Assembly (NCBI GenBank): GCA_002633005.1
Contig: NMRA01000074.1
Location: forward strand, 294,812 to 358,811
Source: Phoronis australis
Lineage: Eukaryota > Animalia > Phoronida
Reading direction: 5' to 3'
DNA: 64,000 bases
Made by a program: the position numbers and the translations under genes. The notes under the pieces are model-generated. The model ran no database searches, was not told where the DNA came from, and worked only from the letters and a program-made list of their open reading frames with translations. Numbering within the stretch: the first letter of the stretch is position 1; every line of letters begins with the position of its first letter. This document shows positions 54,244 to 64,000 of this stretch, piece after piece.

Positions 54244-54428
54244 AGGGAAGGGAGGAATGTAGTAAATGTCGACGTCAGTCTCAGCTGTGGCGCCTCTATG
54301 TTGTGATGTCCTTTTCATTGCAATGTTGGTCTTGGCTTGGTGCGACACCTGACACCAGAAGTGCCCAGCAGAGGTCACACTGCCATCACGTGACCAGTCA
54401 CCTCTCAAGACCATGTAACAAGATCGTC
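54244..54428 (+). repeat. PPT (agggaagggaggaa) and truncated 3' LTR of element 1 (54258-54428)
   Basis: about 9 differences in 171 bp vs 5' LTR (hand count). Confidence 0.9.
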
Positions 54429-54430
54429 AT

Positions 54431-56044
54431 AGGCGTACTGCTTATACTCATAGAAATGAGGAAGGGATAGACAGTAGGGACTGGATAACCTTAAGCACGT
54501 GGGGTAGACTGGAGGATGGTAAGGTACCTTATGGTAATTTAAGGGGTCTGGAAAGTCCAGTAGGGTCACCTGTTCAGCGGGGTAGGATTCGGTCTTGTGA
54601 AGAAGAAAGAAGTCGTCTCTCAGACGATGATAGCTCTATGGGAATTTCACCCGGAAGGAGGGGGCTTCGGTTAAGATACTCGCGAGGAGGTGAGGGGGCC
54701 CGTAGGAAGAGTCCTGAGGTGAAATTTGCCAATCGTTTTGTAGTCTCGCCAAAACGGGAGGATAATAGAGGTATTGATTATAGAGTGAGACGTAGTTCAC
54801 CCAGAGATTACTCACCTAGGAGAGAATATTACAGGAGTCCGCCGAGAAGGTGGCGTTATGTAATGGATAGGGACGAGTATGATGGGGGACATAATCCGTG
54901 GTGGTATAGGCATACTCGGGAGGAGGGCCTAGATAGGGTGGAGCGTAGAGAGTACGATAGGGATTATGATGAGGATAGATATTCTCCGCGACGCCGTTAC
55001 TATGAGCCACGGGATGACTTTAGAGAGAGAAGGGGAGGAAATAGAGGCTATAATGCCAGGGGATATAGTACACAGGTACCACCAAAAAACATAAAGTTTG
55101 ATGGGACTGGGAATTATAGAATTTTCAAGCAACTGTTTAGGAGGTGGACCGGAGCTAGAAGAATGACAGCGGGTGAGGCTTTAGACTCTTTTATGTATTG
55201 TCTAGAAGGGAAACCTTTGGATTTTGTGGGGGAACTGGGAGAACAAGTAACCCTGAATGAAGTTCTGGAGGTGTTAGACAGTTATTACGGGGATGAAGGG
55301 AGAGCATCAACAGCTAGTCAAATATTAGGAACAGCTACTCAGAGGACTGGAGAATCCATTAGGGAATGGGCCATGAGAGTAATGACTCTGTCTAGACAAG
55401 CGTTTGGGGAATTTGGTTCGGAAGAGTTAGTACATCGGGAAGCAATAACTCAGTTTTGTGTAGGTGCATTAGATGCAGAGGCAGGGGAATTTGTGCTCTT
55501 GAAGAAACCCCGGGTATTGGAGGAAGCCAAATCTATGATGGAGGATAAGCATAGGACACGGGAGAGAGTAAGACAGAAACCTGGTCGGGGGGCTAATGTG
55601 CATTCAGCTTACTTAGTGAAGGAAGATTTGCCCTTCAGGGAACAGGTTGAGGATAATTCTTATCGGATAGCTTCGGTAACAGAGGCTAAATCCAGCTCTG
55701 AGAAAATGTTAGCTCAGTTAATTAAGGCCGTAACTGAACAGACTCAGGCGATACAAAAACTTGTGCTGAAATCTCCGGGGTCGTTCAGGGGGGATAAAGA
55801 TAAGCCGTTGGTTCAGAATGGACAGAATCAAAGTAGATGGGGGTCTAAGAAAGCTTCTTCAGGAAATCAGCATAGAACAAATGAGGGGGATCGGAAGAGA
55901 GATACCTCGAGAGAGTCGAGGAAATGTTACAGGTGCCAAAAGGAGGGTCATTTTGCACGGAACTGTCCTGATAAGATTAAGAAGGAAAATCTACCGGAAA
56001 ACTCCAGAGGGACCACTGTAGGAGCCGCGCAGAAGTCCCAGTAG
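54431..56044 (+). CDS. gag: gag of element 2 (5'-truncated; RS-rich region, capsid, CCHC)
   Basis: frame open from the junction; PKNIKFDGTGNY, CLEGK.LDF, QRTGESIREWA.RV, QFCVG, CYRCQKEGHFARNC. Confidence 0.9.
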   Translation, partial: RRTAYTHRNEEGIDSRDWITLSTWGRLEDGKVPYGNLRGLESPVGSPVQRGRIRSCEEERSRLSDDDSSMGISPGRRGLRLRYSRGGEGARRKSPEVKFANRFVVSPKREDNRGIDYRVRRSSPRDYSPRREYYRSPPRRWRYVMDRDEYDGGHNPWWYRHTREEGLDRVERREYDRDYDEDRYSPRRRYYEPRDDFRERRGGNRGYNARGYSTQVPPKNIKFDGTGNYRIFKQLFRRWTGARRMTAGEALDSFMYCLEGKPLDFVGELGEQVTLNEVLEVLDSYYGDEGRASTASQILGTATQRTGESIREWAMRVMTLSRQAFGEFGSEELVHREAITQFCVGALDAEAGEFVLLKKPRVLEEAKSMMEDKHRTRERVRQKPGRGANVHSAYLVKEDLPFREQVEDNSYRIASVTEAKSSSEKMLAQLIKAVTEQTQAIQKLVLKSPGSFRGDKDKPLVQNGQNQSRWGSKKASSGNQHRTNEGDRKRDTSRESRKCYRCQKEGHFARNCPDKIKKENLPENSRGTTVGAAQKSQ

Positions 56045-56768
56045 AATCAGAAGGCTCAGAATCAGATCAGGAACTTGAAATGGATCAGAGTAGGCAATCT
56101 GATATACCTGAAACGTTTTTGATGTCAGTAGTGCAGCATTGTAAGGACATACAGCAGGGTACTGAAACGGTTCTAGATAATGACACAGTATGTGAGAACT
56201 TAGCCAGTTGTGTTGTAACCGACATGGGTAGTAGGCGTGGGTGTAATCGGTTTGCTACTCCGTTATTGGTTAACGGTGAATTTATACAGGCTATTGTAGA
56301 CTCAGGAGCTCAAACCACGGCAATATCTCGAAAATGGGCTACTAAGTTAAAGTTAGATAACTTAACATCAGGGAAAGTAGTGAAGTTGCAGACAGCTAAA
56401 GCTGGGGAGGCAATGAATGCCGAGGTATTAGATAAGGTGGTAAGGATAACTTTGGGCGAACGAGACTATGAAGCTGAATTGTGGATAATGGATCTGTCTG
56501 AGGATATGCTGCTCGGACAGGATTTCATGAGTGAATATTCTATGTATTTAGATGGGGAATCTCATGAAATGGTAGTTAAGGAAATGGGGGAGCGAATTCC
56601 AGTTTCCTGTTATAACCCTTATTGTCAAGTAGGACCAAGGGTGGCACTGTTAAGGGCCATGGATGAAGTAACCATAGAGCCAAGAACAGGACGAAATATT
56701 GTAACCAAAGCTTCATGTAGGTTACGGGAATTTATAGTTGAAGACGAACTATGTAATCAGTTACAGGT
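55996..56768 (+). CDS. pol: pol N-terminus / aspartic protease, reached by -1 frameshift at G GAA AAC
   Basis: -1 frame open from 55996 into AIVDSGAQ...MLLGQDF; GGGAC/GTCCC hairpin follows slippery site. Confidence 0.85.
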
Positions 56769-56866
56769 NAGTTAAAGTTAGATAACTTACCATCAGGGAA
56801 AGTAGTAAAGTTGCAGACAGCTAAAGCTGGGGAGGCAATAAATGCTGAGGTATTAGATAAGGTGGT

Positions 56867-57514
56867 GCAGCAGATGTATGACAAGGCAGTGCAGGAATTG
56901 ACGGGATATGAAGCAGCCCGATTAAAAAGCATGTTAATTGAGTTCAGGGATGTGTTTGCTGAAACAGAATTTGATTTAGGGACATTTTCAGCGGTAGAAC
57001 ACTGCATTGAGTTGGAGGCTGGAACGCGTCCAGTGAAACAAAAGATGCGGAGAACTCCATTAGGCTTTGAGGCTGAAGAGTGGAAACAATTGCAGGCCAT
57101 GTTAAATGCAGGGATCATAGAGCTATCCTTGTCACCATGGGCCAGTAATCCAGTTTTAATACGTAAGGCAGATAGGAAATGCCGTTATTGTGTAGATTTC
57201 CGGGCATTGAATGATAAAACTGTGAAAGATTCATGGCCTTTACCTTTAGTATCTGATTGTTTTGATTTACTTCAGGGTAATCAGTTCTTTTCGAAGTTGG
57301 ATGCGAATAGTGCGTATTATCAGATTCCAATTAAGGAACAGGATAGAGTAAAGACCGCATTTATAACTAGGTATGGTCTGTTTCAATTCCGGAGGATGGC
57401 AATGGGATTGAGTGGGGCACCATCAAGTTATTCACGGGCTATCGGTCTAGTCTTGAAAGGCATAAATTGGAATACGGCATTAGCATTCTTAGATGATATT
57501 GTGGTACTTGGGAG
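56867..57514 (+). CDS. pol: reverse transcriptase (partial, runs into gap 57515-57847)
   Basis: SPWASNPVLI, RYCVDFRALN, FSKLDANSAYYQI, KTAFIT, AFLDD. Confidence 0.95.
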
Positions 57515-57847
57515 NNNNNNNNNNNNNNNNNNNNNNNNNNNNNNNNNNNNNNNNNNNNNNNNNNNNNNNNNNNNNNNNNNNNNNNNNNNNNNNNNNNNNN
57601 NNNNNNNNNNNNNNNNNNNNNNNNNNNNNNNNNNNNNNNNNNNNNNNNNNNNNNNNNNNNNNNNNNNNNNNNNNNNNNNNNNNNNNNNNNNNNNNNNNNN
57701 NNNNNNNNNNNNNNNNNNNNNNNNNNNNNNNNNNNNNNNNNNNNNNNNNNNNNNNNNNNNNNNNNNNNNNNNNNNNNNNNNNNNNNNNNNNNNNNNNNNN
57801 NNNNNNNNNNNNNNNNNNNNNNNNNNNNNNNNNNNNNNNNNNNNNNN

Positions 57848-58358
57848 AAGAAGGCAAAGCTCTGGGAAGATCAAGCCAAGGCCATGGGGAAGACTGTCGA
57901 GCACCTTCAAGGGTGGTTCAAGTCCCTCCGAGACACTCACACCCGTCTCCACAAGAAGAAGAGCGGTGACGGCGCCCCGGAACTGACAGAGAGGGAGCAG
58001 TGGGTGAAGGCAAACTTCAGCTTCCTCAAGAGTGTGGTCCGCCATCATGCTGAACCCGTCAACAGTGTAAGTATAACAAATATTAATATTAATATTTATT
58101 TATATTAATTTTATTGTGATTACAAAGCATTGAATGTGCCTTGTATTTTTGCCTTGTATTTTAACAATCAACTGTCATAATTGCAGGTGAAGGTGACCAT
58201 TGCAGCACACAGCGGGGACCTCGAGGCTGCCTGTGCAGACATCGTGGTTGATGACGAGAGCACGCCCTCCACTGTCCCCTCCTCATCCTCACAGCGCAAG
58301 GGCAAGCGTGGCCAGGACGATGACCAGTTGCTGCAGTCACTCCAGAAGAGGGTGCTCC
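57848..58358 (+). mobile_element. foreign fragment: spliced MADF/Myb-like gene, probably Harbinger ORF1
   Basis: KAKLWEDQAKAMGKTVEHLQGWFKSLRDTHTRL..KSGDG..LTEREQWV..FSFL; intron 58067-58186; GC-rich codons unlike pol. Confidence 0.65.
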
Positions 58359-59924
58359 AATCAGGGAGGAATTAGTGCAGCAAGACAATCAGACCTAACA
58401 GACCAACAAGGGGGAACTATGTTGGAATTGGTGGAGAAACAACGTAATGATCCTGACTTAAGATTTATAATATCCTGGCTTGACGAGGGGGAGTTTCCTA
58501 GTCAGGAGGAATTGTTTAGGTCTTCTGAGAAGGCTAAAGCTTATTGGTTAAATAAGGAAAGTTTTAGCTTTCTAGAAGATGGTATTTTAGGAATGCGGGA
58601 TCATAAGAGCTCTCAAAACAAGTTGATTGTAGTTCCACGGGAGTTGGAGGAAGAAATCATGAGATTGAACCATGATTTGCCTTTGGCGGGACACCAGGAA
58701 ATGGAACGAACACGATCTAAAATTAGGCTAAAGTATTATTGGAGGGGAATGAGAGAGCGCATTCGAAAGTATGTTGAAGGTTGCATGGTGTGTAACCAAA
58801 ACAAGGGAAGAGTTCGAAAAGCTCGTACTCCAATGGTAAAATACCAAGCCGGAGCACCAATGGAAAGAGTTCACATAGACTTTTTGGGACCATTACCTAG
58901 AACGTCAAGGAGGAATGAGCATGTATTAGTGGCGGTAGACCAGTTCACTAAGTGGGTAGAATGCATTCCTTTATCAGACCAAACGGCGGAAACCACCGCT
59001 ACGGCAATGGTCGATAATATTTTTTCAAGGTATGGGTGTCCGCTTCAGCTGTTCTCTGATAGGGGCTCAAATTTTCAGAGTGCAGTGTTTAAGGAAGAAT
59101 GTAAGTTCCTCAGAATTCATCAGACACATACAACTGCCTATAGGGCAAATGGACAGGCGGAAAGGGTGAATAGGTCAATGATGAATGCAGTTCGCTGTTT
59201 TGTGGGGGAATTTCAGTGTGATTGGGATTTGTATGTACCAATGATTGCAGGAGCACTGAGAGCATGTGTGAATCGTTCGACAGGTTTAACGCCTAATATG
59301 ATGGTGTTGGGTAGAGAAGTAAATACTCCAGCGGAAGTGGCTTTCAGGGTAAGTCCGGGGGTAGGAGTCTTGGAGCCGAAAAGGTATGCTGATGAGTTGG
59401 TGGATAAGATGACACGAGCTCATGAACTTGCTCGGGAAAATTTAGGTACAGCTCAGCTTAGGGCTAAAATTGATTACGACATCAGGGTTAATCAGTTTGG
59501 TTATGCAGAGGGAGATGTTGTAAGAGTGTTTCGGGATGCTGTACCACAGGGAATGAGTAGGAAACTGTATCCACCATGGTCAGAACCGGCGATAATAGTA
59601 GCTAAGATATCGGATCGCTTATTTAAGGTAAGGTTTAAGCGATCGGTTGGCACGTATAACCATGATAAGCTGAAGAGATGTAAGGATAGGGTATGTCCTG
59701 AGTGGATTCAACGGTTAAAGGGTGATCCACTGCTATTAGCTGCTGAAAAGGTCAAAGCATTGTCTACGGGGGTACAATTGTATTGCATATGTAATCAACC
59801 TGATGATGGCTCTACAATGGTACAATGTGATGACTGTAAACAATGGTTTCATGCATTGTGTTTTGGGTTGAACCAAGAGCAGGCTATGGCTCTTCCTGAA
59901 TTCAAATGTTCATTATGTGAATGA
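58359..59924 (+). CDS. pol: integrase (HHCC-DDE) with C-terminal PHD finger
   Basis: HDLPLAGH..CMVC, HIDFLGP, SDRGSNF, NGQAERVN; YCICNQPDD..VQCDDCKQWFHALC..FKCSLC. Confidence 0.93.
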   Translation, partial: NQGGISAARQSDLTDQQGGTMLELVEKQRNDPDLRFIISWLDEGEFPSQEELFRSSEKAKAYWLNKESFSFLEDGILGMRDHKSSQNKLIVVPRELEEEIMRLNHDLPLAGHQEMERTRSKIRLKYYWRGMRERIRKYVEGCMVCNQNKGRVRKARTPMVKYQAGAPMERVHIDFLGPLPRTSRRNEHVLVAVDQFTKWVECIPLSDQTAETTATAMVDNIFSRYGCPLQLFSDRGSNFQSAVFKEECKFLRIHQTHTTAYRANGQAERVNRSMMNAVRCFVGEFQCDWDLYVPMIAGALRACVNRSTGLTPNMMVLGREVNTPAEVAFRVSPGVGVLEPKRYADELVDKMTRAHELARENLGTAQLRAKIDYDIRVNQFGYAEGDVVRVFRDAVPQGMSRKLYPPWSEPAIIVAKISDRLFKVRFKRSVGTYNHDKLKRCKDRVCPEWIQRLKGDPLLLAAEKVKALSTGVQLYCICNQPDDGSTMVQCDDCKQWFHALCFGLNQEQAMALPEFKCSLCE

Positions 59925-60163
59925 TTCACGGTGAGAACGGGATGAGTTGGGAAGAGGGATACTACTCGATGAACATATTTAGGTAAACGCCTGGGAAAGG
60001 TGTGGCTAAAACTCTTCGTCTATAAATTCAGCTTTCTCTGATTATTAAGCATGCTTGTTCACCGGAGGAGATGTTTTCTACAAATACACGAATAAGCGAA
60101 AAGCAGAAGACATTCCTTTCATCAAAATGACTGTTAAGCTGCTATTCTATTGGTTATTGTAGA

Positions 60164-61332
60164 ATGTCCAATGCACGCAGAGAGCAGTTGTGGCGCGGGG
60201 TAGCGGACAGCTTGATGGAGCTGCTGAAGGGTGACGCGGGTGCTTCAGGTAGTCAGCGCGAGGAGACGCCGCGACGGGGAAGGTCGCCCACTCGCCGGAG
60301 GAGCAGGTCACCCCGGGAGAGAGGATCCTCCAGAAGATCGAGGGAGAGATCGGGCCGAAGGCAACAACGGGGAGGTCGGCGCTGGGAGAAAACCCAGAAG
60401 AAGGACCGCAGCCAGGGGGGACCGTCGGGGAGTCATATGAAAGATCCGGCGAGGGGATGTCCTCACTGCCTTCAGGACCCCAGTGACATGGCGAAACATG
60501 TCCTGGATTGCCATTTACCTCGAGGGATCCTGCTGGGAACAGGACCGGGGGACCAGGAGCAGTCCCGGAAAAGAATGTGGTTCCTCCACGACGTGGCCAA
60601 GGTTGTGGATGAGAAGCCCAAAGATTTGATGAGACGGGTCGAAGGGTGCCCGTTCTTATCTAACCTGGAAACGCCAATGGAAGAGGAAGTTCAGCTGATC
60701 TGCCAGCACGTGGGTTTGGAGAGGCCGAGCAGTCTATCTTTGGGGAACGTGCAGAGCTTGCCTCTTCTACTGCACCCAGAGGTTTTGGAGACACTTCTGC
60801 GGTCATTCACACGGTCCCAGCTCATTAGGGTGGCTGGGAGAAGGTGGCCAGCAGGGAAATGCATCCCATACAGGTGGTTAGGAGAGTGTATGGCGGAGCA
60901 GCCCATGGAGACGTCCTACGCTGAGGTAGTTCGTGGGAAGCCGGCGTCAAAGGGTGCGTCGCGGATGAGTTCGGCAACGAGCTCATCAGGGGTTCGTCCC
61001 CTTTCCCAAGGGAAGGCTACCGGGAGCGGGGAAGCGACGGCGGTGTCCAAGGAATCTTCAGGGGCCTCTTCGTCGAGTAACTTGTCAGGGACGACGGAGA
61101 GGGGATCAAGGGAATCGCCTCATCAAAGGTTGATGAAGACCATGCGAAGTTCCCAAGGGGGTGAGTTGAACTTTCCTGATAGTAGGGATGATAGTGGTAA
61201 AGTTCTGAAATCATCTTTCTTACAGGTGGAACCTCAGGTACCAGTAGAGGTAGCGGATGCACACTTTCACTTAGATAGGGTGATTCAAAGGCATCGGATG
61301 TCATCAGAGGAAAGTGCTCTAGATGTGTATAG
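60164..61332 (+). CDS. ORF3 N-part: RS-rich, C2H2-like finger, Ser-rich linker, start of TatD domain
   Basis: CPHC-x10-H-x4-H; VADAHFHLDR; cut by N at 61333. Confidence 0.8.
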
Positions 61333-61333
61333 N

Positions 61334-62032
61334 GTTAATTAAGGCCGTAACTGAACAGACTCAGGCGATACAAAAACTTGTGCTGAAATCTCCGGGGTCG
61401 TTCAGGGGGATAAAGATAAGCCGTTGGTTCAGAATGGACAGAATCAAAGTAGATGGTCTAAGAAAGCTTCTTCAGGAAATCAGCTTAGAACAAATGAGGG
61501 TGATCGGAAGAGAGATACCTCGAGAGAGTCGAGGAAATGTTACAGGTGTCAAAAGGAGGGTCATTTTGCACGGAACTGTCCTGATAAGATGAAGAAGGAA
61601 AATCTACCGGAAAACTCCAGAGGGACCACTGTAGGAGCCGCGCAGAAGTCCCAGTAGAATCGGAAGGCTCAGAATCAGATCAAGAATTCCAGGTGTGGAA
61701 ATATGTCATGACTTTCAACGAGGGGTACCATTAGAATCCTGCCCTGTGGAGGCTGTTCAAAATGCACAAAACATCATCGGGAATGGGCAAAATTCTATAG
61801 TACAGTGGATGATGTGGTTCCTTTAGGTGCTAAGGTGAAAACAACTACGGAGGATCCAGTGGATATAATCGCATCTAGTTCTTTATGGAACAGGGATATG
61901 GAAGATAGTGAAACCTGGGGTATACAAGTAGTAACTAGGCGACAGGAGAAAATAGGTCCCGGGGGAGAGGTTGCCTTATCTAATCAGGGAGGAATTAGTG
62001 CAGCAAGACAATCAGACCGGACAGACCAATAA
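61334..62032 (+). other. misplaced pieces of element 2: duplicate gag end (61334-~61683) and RNaseH-integrase linker (~61680-62040)
   Basis: copy of 55717-56072; SRIPGVEIC..LPCGGCSKC..W..VDDVVPL, overlapping 58359-58417 at its end. Confidence 0.8.
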
Positions 62033-62405
62033 GGGGGAAATTCTATGGGAAATAGCTAGGGATTGTTTGAATAAAGCTACACCCATTCAATTGCATTCTT
62101 TCCGTGGGGGTCCTCAAGTGGTGGAAAAATGGTTAAAGACATTTCCTAACACCTACTTCTCAGTTTCAGGAGTTGGACTAGGTCACATTAGGGGGGACCG
62201 AGCTCGCGGGATACGAGCTATTCCGTCAAAGCGACTGTTGGTGGAAACGGATGCACCTTATAATCATCCAAGTGGCACTGGAATGCATCAGTCCCATTCC
62301 GTAGTAATAGGGGAATGGTGCAAGCAAATAGCGGAAGTCCGGGGAGTTAGCCTGGGTGAAATTTGCAGACTGTCGCGGGATAATCTAGCGTCCTTTATTC
62401 ATTAA
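62033..62405 (+). CDS. ORF3 C-part: C-terminal half of TatD domain
   Basis: IQLHSFRGG, W..FPNTYFSVSG, IPSKRLLVETDAPY, IAEVRGVS..SRDN. Confidence 0.85.
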
Positions 62406-62685
62406 GAAAGGGAGAAAAAGTAAGAGTAAGGGATTATGTATGGCATGGGGAGAATCACTGCTAGTAGTATTGAATTTGGATGTTAATGTCTTTATTCAAG
62501 TATTGTTTCCTGTGCTTTTTCATCAGACTCGGGGAGTCAAAGGGCTCTTTTCAGGCGATCCATAAGGGTATAATTGGGAAAAGTATGGGTATTTAGTCGT
62601 GATTCTTGTTGTTTGTCCATACATGTGTTACAGGTATGGGATGGCACCACTCCACAAGAGAAGGGGATGCATCATACCTTACATA

Positions 62686-63059
62686 CTCTTACTATGTTTC
62701 AGAACCAGCCAAGAGGACCCAGTAGAGGGTAACTGGGAAGGGGTGGCTGGGGGAACTTATACGGGATTTGAATAGGGATGGATTGGAGTATAACTGGGTA
62801 AAATTAAACATCGGAACTGCAATTTGGACTATGTTGATATTGGGTATATTAGATAGTCTGACTCTTATATCNCTCTTACTATGTTTCAGAACCAGCCAAG
62901 AGGACCCAGTAGAGGGTAACTGGGAAGGGGTGGCTGGGGGAACTTATAGGGGATTTGAATAGGGATGGCTCGGAGTACAATTGGGTAAAATTAAATATCG
63001 GAACTGCAATTTGGACTATGGTGATATTGGGTATATTAGATAGTCTGACTCTTATATCA
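62686..63059. repeat. ~186-bp duplication across single-N join (62872)
   Basis: near-identical adjacent copies. Confidence 0.85.
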
Positions 63060-63231
63060 TGGCTGAGTAAGAGAATCTTTTATGGGATGATTGGCTAGAT
63101 TATCTAGGGAAAATGTCATAGGGATAGTCCGGCTGAGGTTAATTTTTAATAAGTTTTAAACAACTGGGTTGGTACCGCAATTCCGATTAACATTACCAGG
63201 GAAAGCTCCAAAAAATAGAATGGGGAGGAAA

Positions 63232-63580
63232 TGTAGTGAGCCAGTGCGTATGTTACGTGAGGTTTAATTGGATAGTCAGGTTCGCGGGCTTCTCTGCCGT
63301 CTTGGCTGGGATTGGAGAATAGATGGAACCTGCTGGGTAACCTGATGTAACGATGACGTCACGACCTCGTGGTTCACTCGTCCTTCGCACTTGAAACTCG
63401 AGAGAGACAAGACGAACTCTGAAAAGACTCCAACGCATATCTACTATCGACTCTAGAGACTTTTCCATAACCAGTTAGGTAAGCTGTCTTATAGTTCTAG
63501 TGTATACTTGGGAACCCAATGGTCGTCCGCCTAAGCATAAAACCGGCTTGTTGTCGTACTCACCCAATCATTCCACTTCA
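63232..63580 (+). repeat. 3' LTR of element 2
   Basis: follows PPT agaatggggaggaaa; TGTAGTG...CACTTCA; no second copy to confirm the right end. Confidence 0.65.
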
Positions 63581-64000
63581 AAGTTATGATCTGAATAGGA
63601 TTTGATTTAACTCTCACAAATATATAGTATTCGTTGATTCAAACGTTTTCTTTTACTTATGCCGAGTTGTTCAACTGTGCATTGCTTTTCGGCAGCCATT
63701 TTATAATGACACCTATGGTCGTCATATGCTGCCGCCTTTTGAAAGAACAGCAAACCACACAGAAAAAGGCCAAGAAAATAGTGGAAAGTGGTATACAGCA
63801 ATTCTACTTCAACCACAAACTGCTTTACTAGTATGATATCGATTTTTAAATCGATTAAAATTGATTTAGAATTTCAGTTCTGGAAAATAAATCACGGCTG
63901 AGCCCTGGATTGTTTTATTCCAGATATACCTTACTTATTTCTGTTTGTGACCTCTTTATTTGACTTTTTGCTCTTGTTGTACTTAACACCACTTATCTTT

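Larger units (their letters stand above)
49816..54428 (+). mobile_element. LTR element 1: pol-less Ty3/Gypsy-type retrotransposon encoding gag + TatD
   Basis: 5' LTR, tRNA-Ser-like PBS, gag with CCHC, TatD ORF, PPT, matching truncated 3' LTR; no PR/RT/IN motif in between. Confidence 0.88.
54429..63580 (+). mobile_element. LTR element 2: Ty3/Gypsy retrotransposon gag-pro-RT-(RH)-IN-PHD + ORF3(TatD), 5'-truncated and assembly-scrambled
   Basis: domain order PR-RT-IN, PPT and 3' LTR present, 5' LTR absent. Confidence 0.9.

Noticed and set aside
58200-58358. N-terminal part of the 574-aa integrase ORF
   Set aside because: Off-frame reading of the foreign MADF fragment; pol resumes at 58359
63645-63740. 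first exon of a minus-strand gene (aaaATGGCTGCC, MAAEKQ)
   Set aside because: Weak donor and no downstream exons identifiable

Overview
Animal genomic DNA from a fragmented, probably heterozygous draft assembly; gene and transposon content suggests a marine invertebrate, but the species cannot be determined. Left 38 kb: most of HEATR1/UTP10 on the minus strand, reconstructed by hand as 34 GT-AG coding exons (5514 nt, 1838 codons, phase-consistent), with the 3' end beyond position 1. Its introns hold two paralogous C/D-box snoRNAs with an 18S rRNA guide, several MITEs, tRNA-derived repeats and allelic/assembly duplications. Right 24 kb: a transposon nest with a HIRAN-like relic, a decayed Ginger1-type element (integrase + Ulp1-like protease + PHD) interrupted by a Sola-like fragment, and two different Ty3/Gypsy LTR elements. 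Main finding: both LTR elements encode a TatD-family nuclease. Element 2 (gag, pro, RT, integrase-PHD) carries it in an extra ORF3 at the env position behind a splice acceptor. Element 1 has no pol; TatD follows gag behind an in-phase T-TTA-AAC -1 frameshift site with a hairpin, so it appears to replace pol. Element 2 is visibly scrambled by assembly joins.
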